DNA of 64,000 nt from Rubrivivax sp. (GTDB taxonomy: Bacteria; Pseudomonadota; Gammaproteobacteria; Burkholderiales; Burkholderiaceae_C). The DNA is taken from positions 14,460 through 78,459 of the forward strand of contig JANNQO010000088.1 of assembly GCA_031400795.1 (NCBI GenBank). The letters are read 5' to 3'. The position numbers and the translations under genes were made by a program. Shown in pieces: positions 62,987-64,000 of this stretch. A model generated the notes under the pieces. That model was not told the DNA's origin. It saw only the letters and a list, made by a program, of their open reading frames with translations, and ran no database searches. The first letter of the stretch is position 1. Each line of letters begins with the position of its first letter.

Positions 62987-63904
62987 ATGGGCATCGAAGT
63001 CGCCATCGTCATCCTGGTCATCGCGGTGATCTTCGTCGTGCGCACGTTCAAGATCGTGCCGCAGCAAAGCGCCTGGGTCGTCGAGCGACTGGGCCGCTAC
63101 GACCGCACGCTCACACCCGGGCTGAAGTTCCTCGTACCCTTCGTCGACCGCCTCGCCTACCAGCATTCGCTGAAGGAGGTGCCGCTGGACGTTCCCAGTC
63201 AGGTCTGCATCACCAAGGACAACACGCAGCTGCAGGTGGACGGCATCCTGTACTACCAGGTGACCGACCCGATGCGCGCCAGCTATGGCTCGTCGAACTA
63301 CATCGTTGCCATCACGCAGCTGGCGCAGACCACGCTGCGCAGCGTGGTCGGCAAAATGGAACTCGACAAGACTTTCGAGGAGCGCGACGCGATCAACGCC
63401 ACCGTGGTCAACGCGCTGGACGAAGCGGCGCTGAACTGGGGCGTGAAGGTGCTGCGCTACGAGATCAAGGACCTCACGCCGCCGGCCGAGATCCTGCGCG
63501 CGATGCAGGCGCAGATCACCGCCGAGCGCGAGAAGCGCGCGCTGATTGCCGCCTCCGAAGGCCGCCGCCAGGAGCAGATCAACATCGCCACCGGCGAGCG
63601 CGAGGCCTTCATCGCGCGCAGCGAAGGCGAGAAGCAGGCCGAGATCAACAACGCGCAGGGCGAGGCCGCAGCCATCACTGCGGTGGCCGACGCCACGGCC
63701 GACGCGATCCGCAAGATCGCCGCGGCCATTCGAGAGCCCGGCGGCGAGCAGGCCGTGCAGTTGAAGGTGGCCGAGCGGGCGGTGGAAGCCTACAGCCAGC
63801 TCGCCAAGACCAGCACGACGATGATCGTGCCCGGCAACATGGCCGAGGTGGCGGGGTTGATCGGCAGCGCGATGGCGCTGATCAAGGGCATGGGCAAGGC
63901 ATGA
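62987..63904 (+). CDS. SPFH/Band-7 (stomatin-like) protein
   Basis: 305-aa ORF. N-terminal TM. FKIVPQQSAWVVERLGRYDRTLTPGL...VDGILYYQVTDP...VKVLRYEIKDLTPP is the typical stomatin/QmcA signature. Paired with nfeD. Confidence 0.9.
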   Translation: MGIEVAIVILVIAVIFVVRTFKIVPQQSAWVVERLGRYDRTLTPGLKFLVPFVDRLAYQHSLKEVPLDVPSQVCITKDNTQLQVDGILYYQVTDPMRASYGSSNYIVAITQLAQTTLRSVVGKMELDKTFEERDAINATVVNALDEAALNWGVKVLRYEIKDLTPPAEILRAMQAQITAEREKRALIAASEGRRQEQINIATGEREAFIARSEGEKQAEINNAQGEAAAITAVADATADAIRKIAAAIREPGGEQAVQLKVAERAVEAYSQLAKTSTTMIVPGNMAEVAGLIGSAMALIKGMGKA

Positions 63905-64000
63905 ACACGAGCACCGCCCGGCCGCCCCGAAGGTGCTCGCTCCCCCTCGGGGGGACGACGCGGAGCGTCAAGGGGGCTCCATGAGCACTGCCCGGCCGCT
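63901..64000. repeat. Start of an ~80-bp tandem/REP-like intergenic repeat (cut by the right edge)
   Basis: atgaacacgagcaccgcccggccgc (63901-) recurs as atgagcactgcccggccgc 80 bp later (63981-). The unit contains a CCCCC-tcg-GGGGG hairpin (63942-63954). Confidence 0.4.

Overview
The window is visibly GC-rich (about two-thirds G+C by eye, not computed) and densely coding. It looks like betaproteobacterial (Burkholderiales-like) chromosome. That assignment rests on gene content and protein similarity recalled from memory, not on a database search. I found no rRNA, tRNA, CRISPR array, transposase or integrase.

Layout, left to right:
1. The N-terminus of a xanthorhodopsin-like rhodopsin, cut by the left edge.
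2. A tight oxidoreductase-COQ7-UbiG operon, divergent from an ECF sigma factor and a mini anti-sigma pair.
3. A cytochrome P460 / redoxin / HxlR module.
4. A hicA-hicB-DUF488 toxin-antitoxin module. hicA is under 60 aa and is missing from the ORF track.
5. A hydroxyproline catabolic cluster with an ABC-ATPase relic.
6. Assorted accessory enzymes: a cNMP-binding protein, a Tyr phosphatase, a flavoprotein disulfide reductase, DUF885, a secreted vanadium-haloperoxidase-like protein with an extra C-terminal domain, and WS/DGAT plus a hydrolase.
7. The housekeeping block rimP-nusA-infB-rbfA-truB-typA, then fabI.
8. A roughly 26-kb alpha-glucan (maltodextrin/starch/glycogen) utilisation locus:
   - a glucokinase-RpiR fusion, divergent from a second glk
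   - a TonB-dependent receptor
   - a tryptophan-halogenase homolog
   - a putative Fe/2OG-fold protein
   - malK-malE-malF-malG plus two GH13 enzymes
   - malQ
   - a pullulanase
9. An ABC ATPase plus an ABC-2 permease/M1 peptidase fusion, sitting between malQ and the pullulanase.
10. Tartrate dehydrogenase, a CoA-transferase, an Orn/Lys/Arg decarboxylase, and NfeD/SPFH.

The items most worth a second look:
- A 15-bp palindrome, TGTAG-N5-CTACA, present four times perfectly and only at glucan-locus control regions.
- The module of TonB-dependent receptor, halogenase homolog and HxD...H protein.
- The ABC-2/M1 fusion pair.
- The edge-truncated rhodopsin.

I cannot establish novelty for any of these without database searches. 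Many long ORFs in the track are antisense artefacts of high GC and were rejected.
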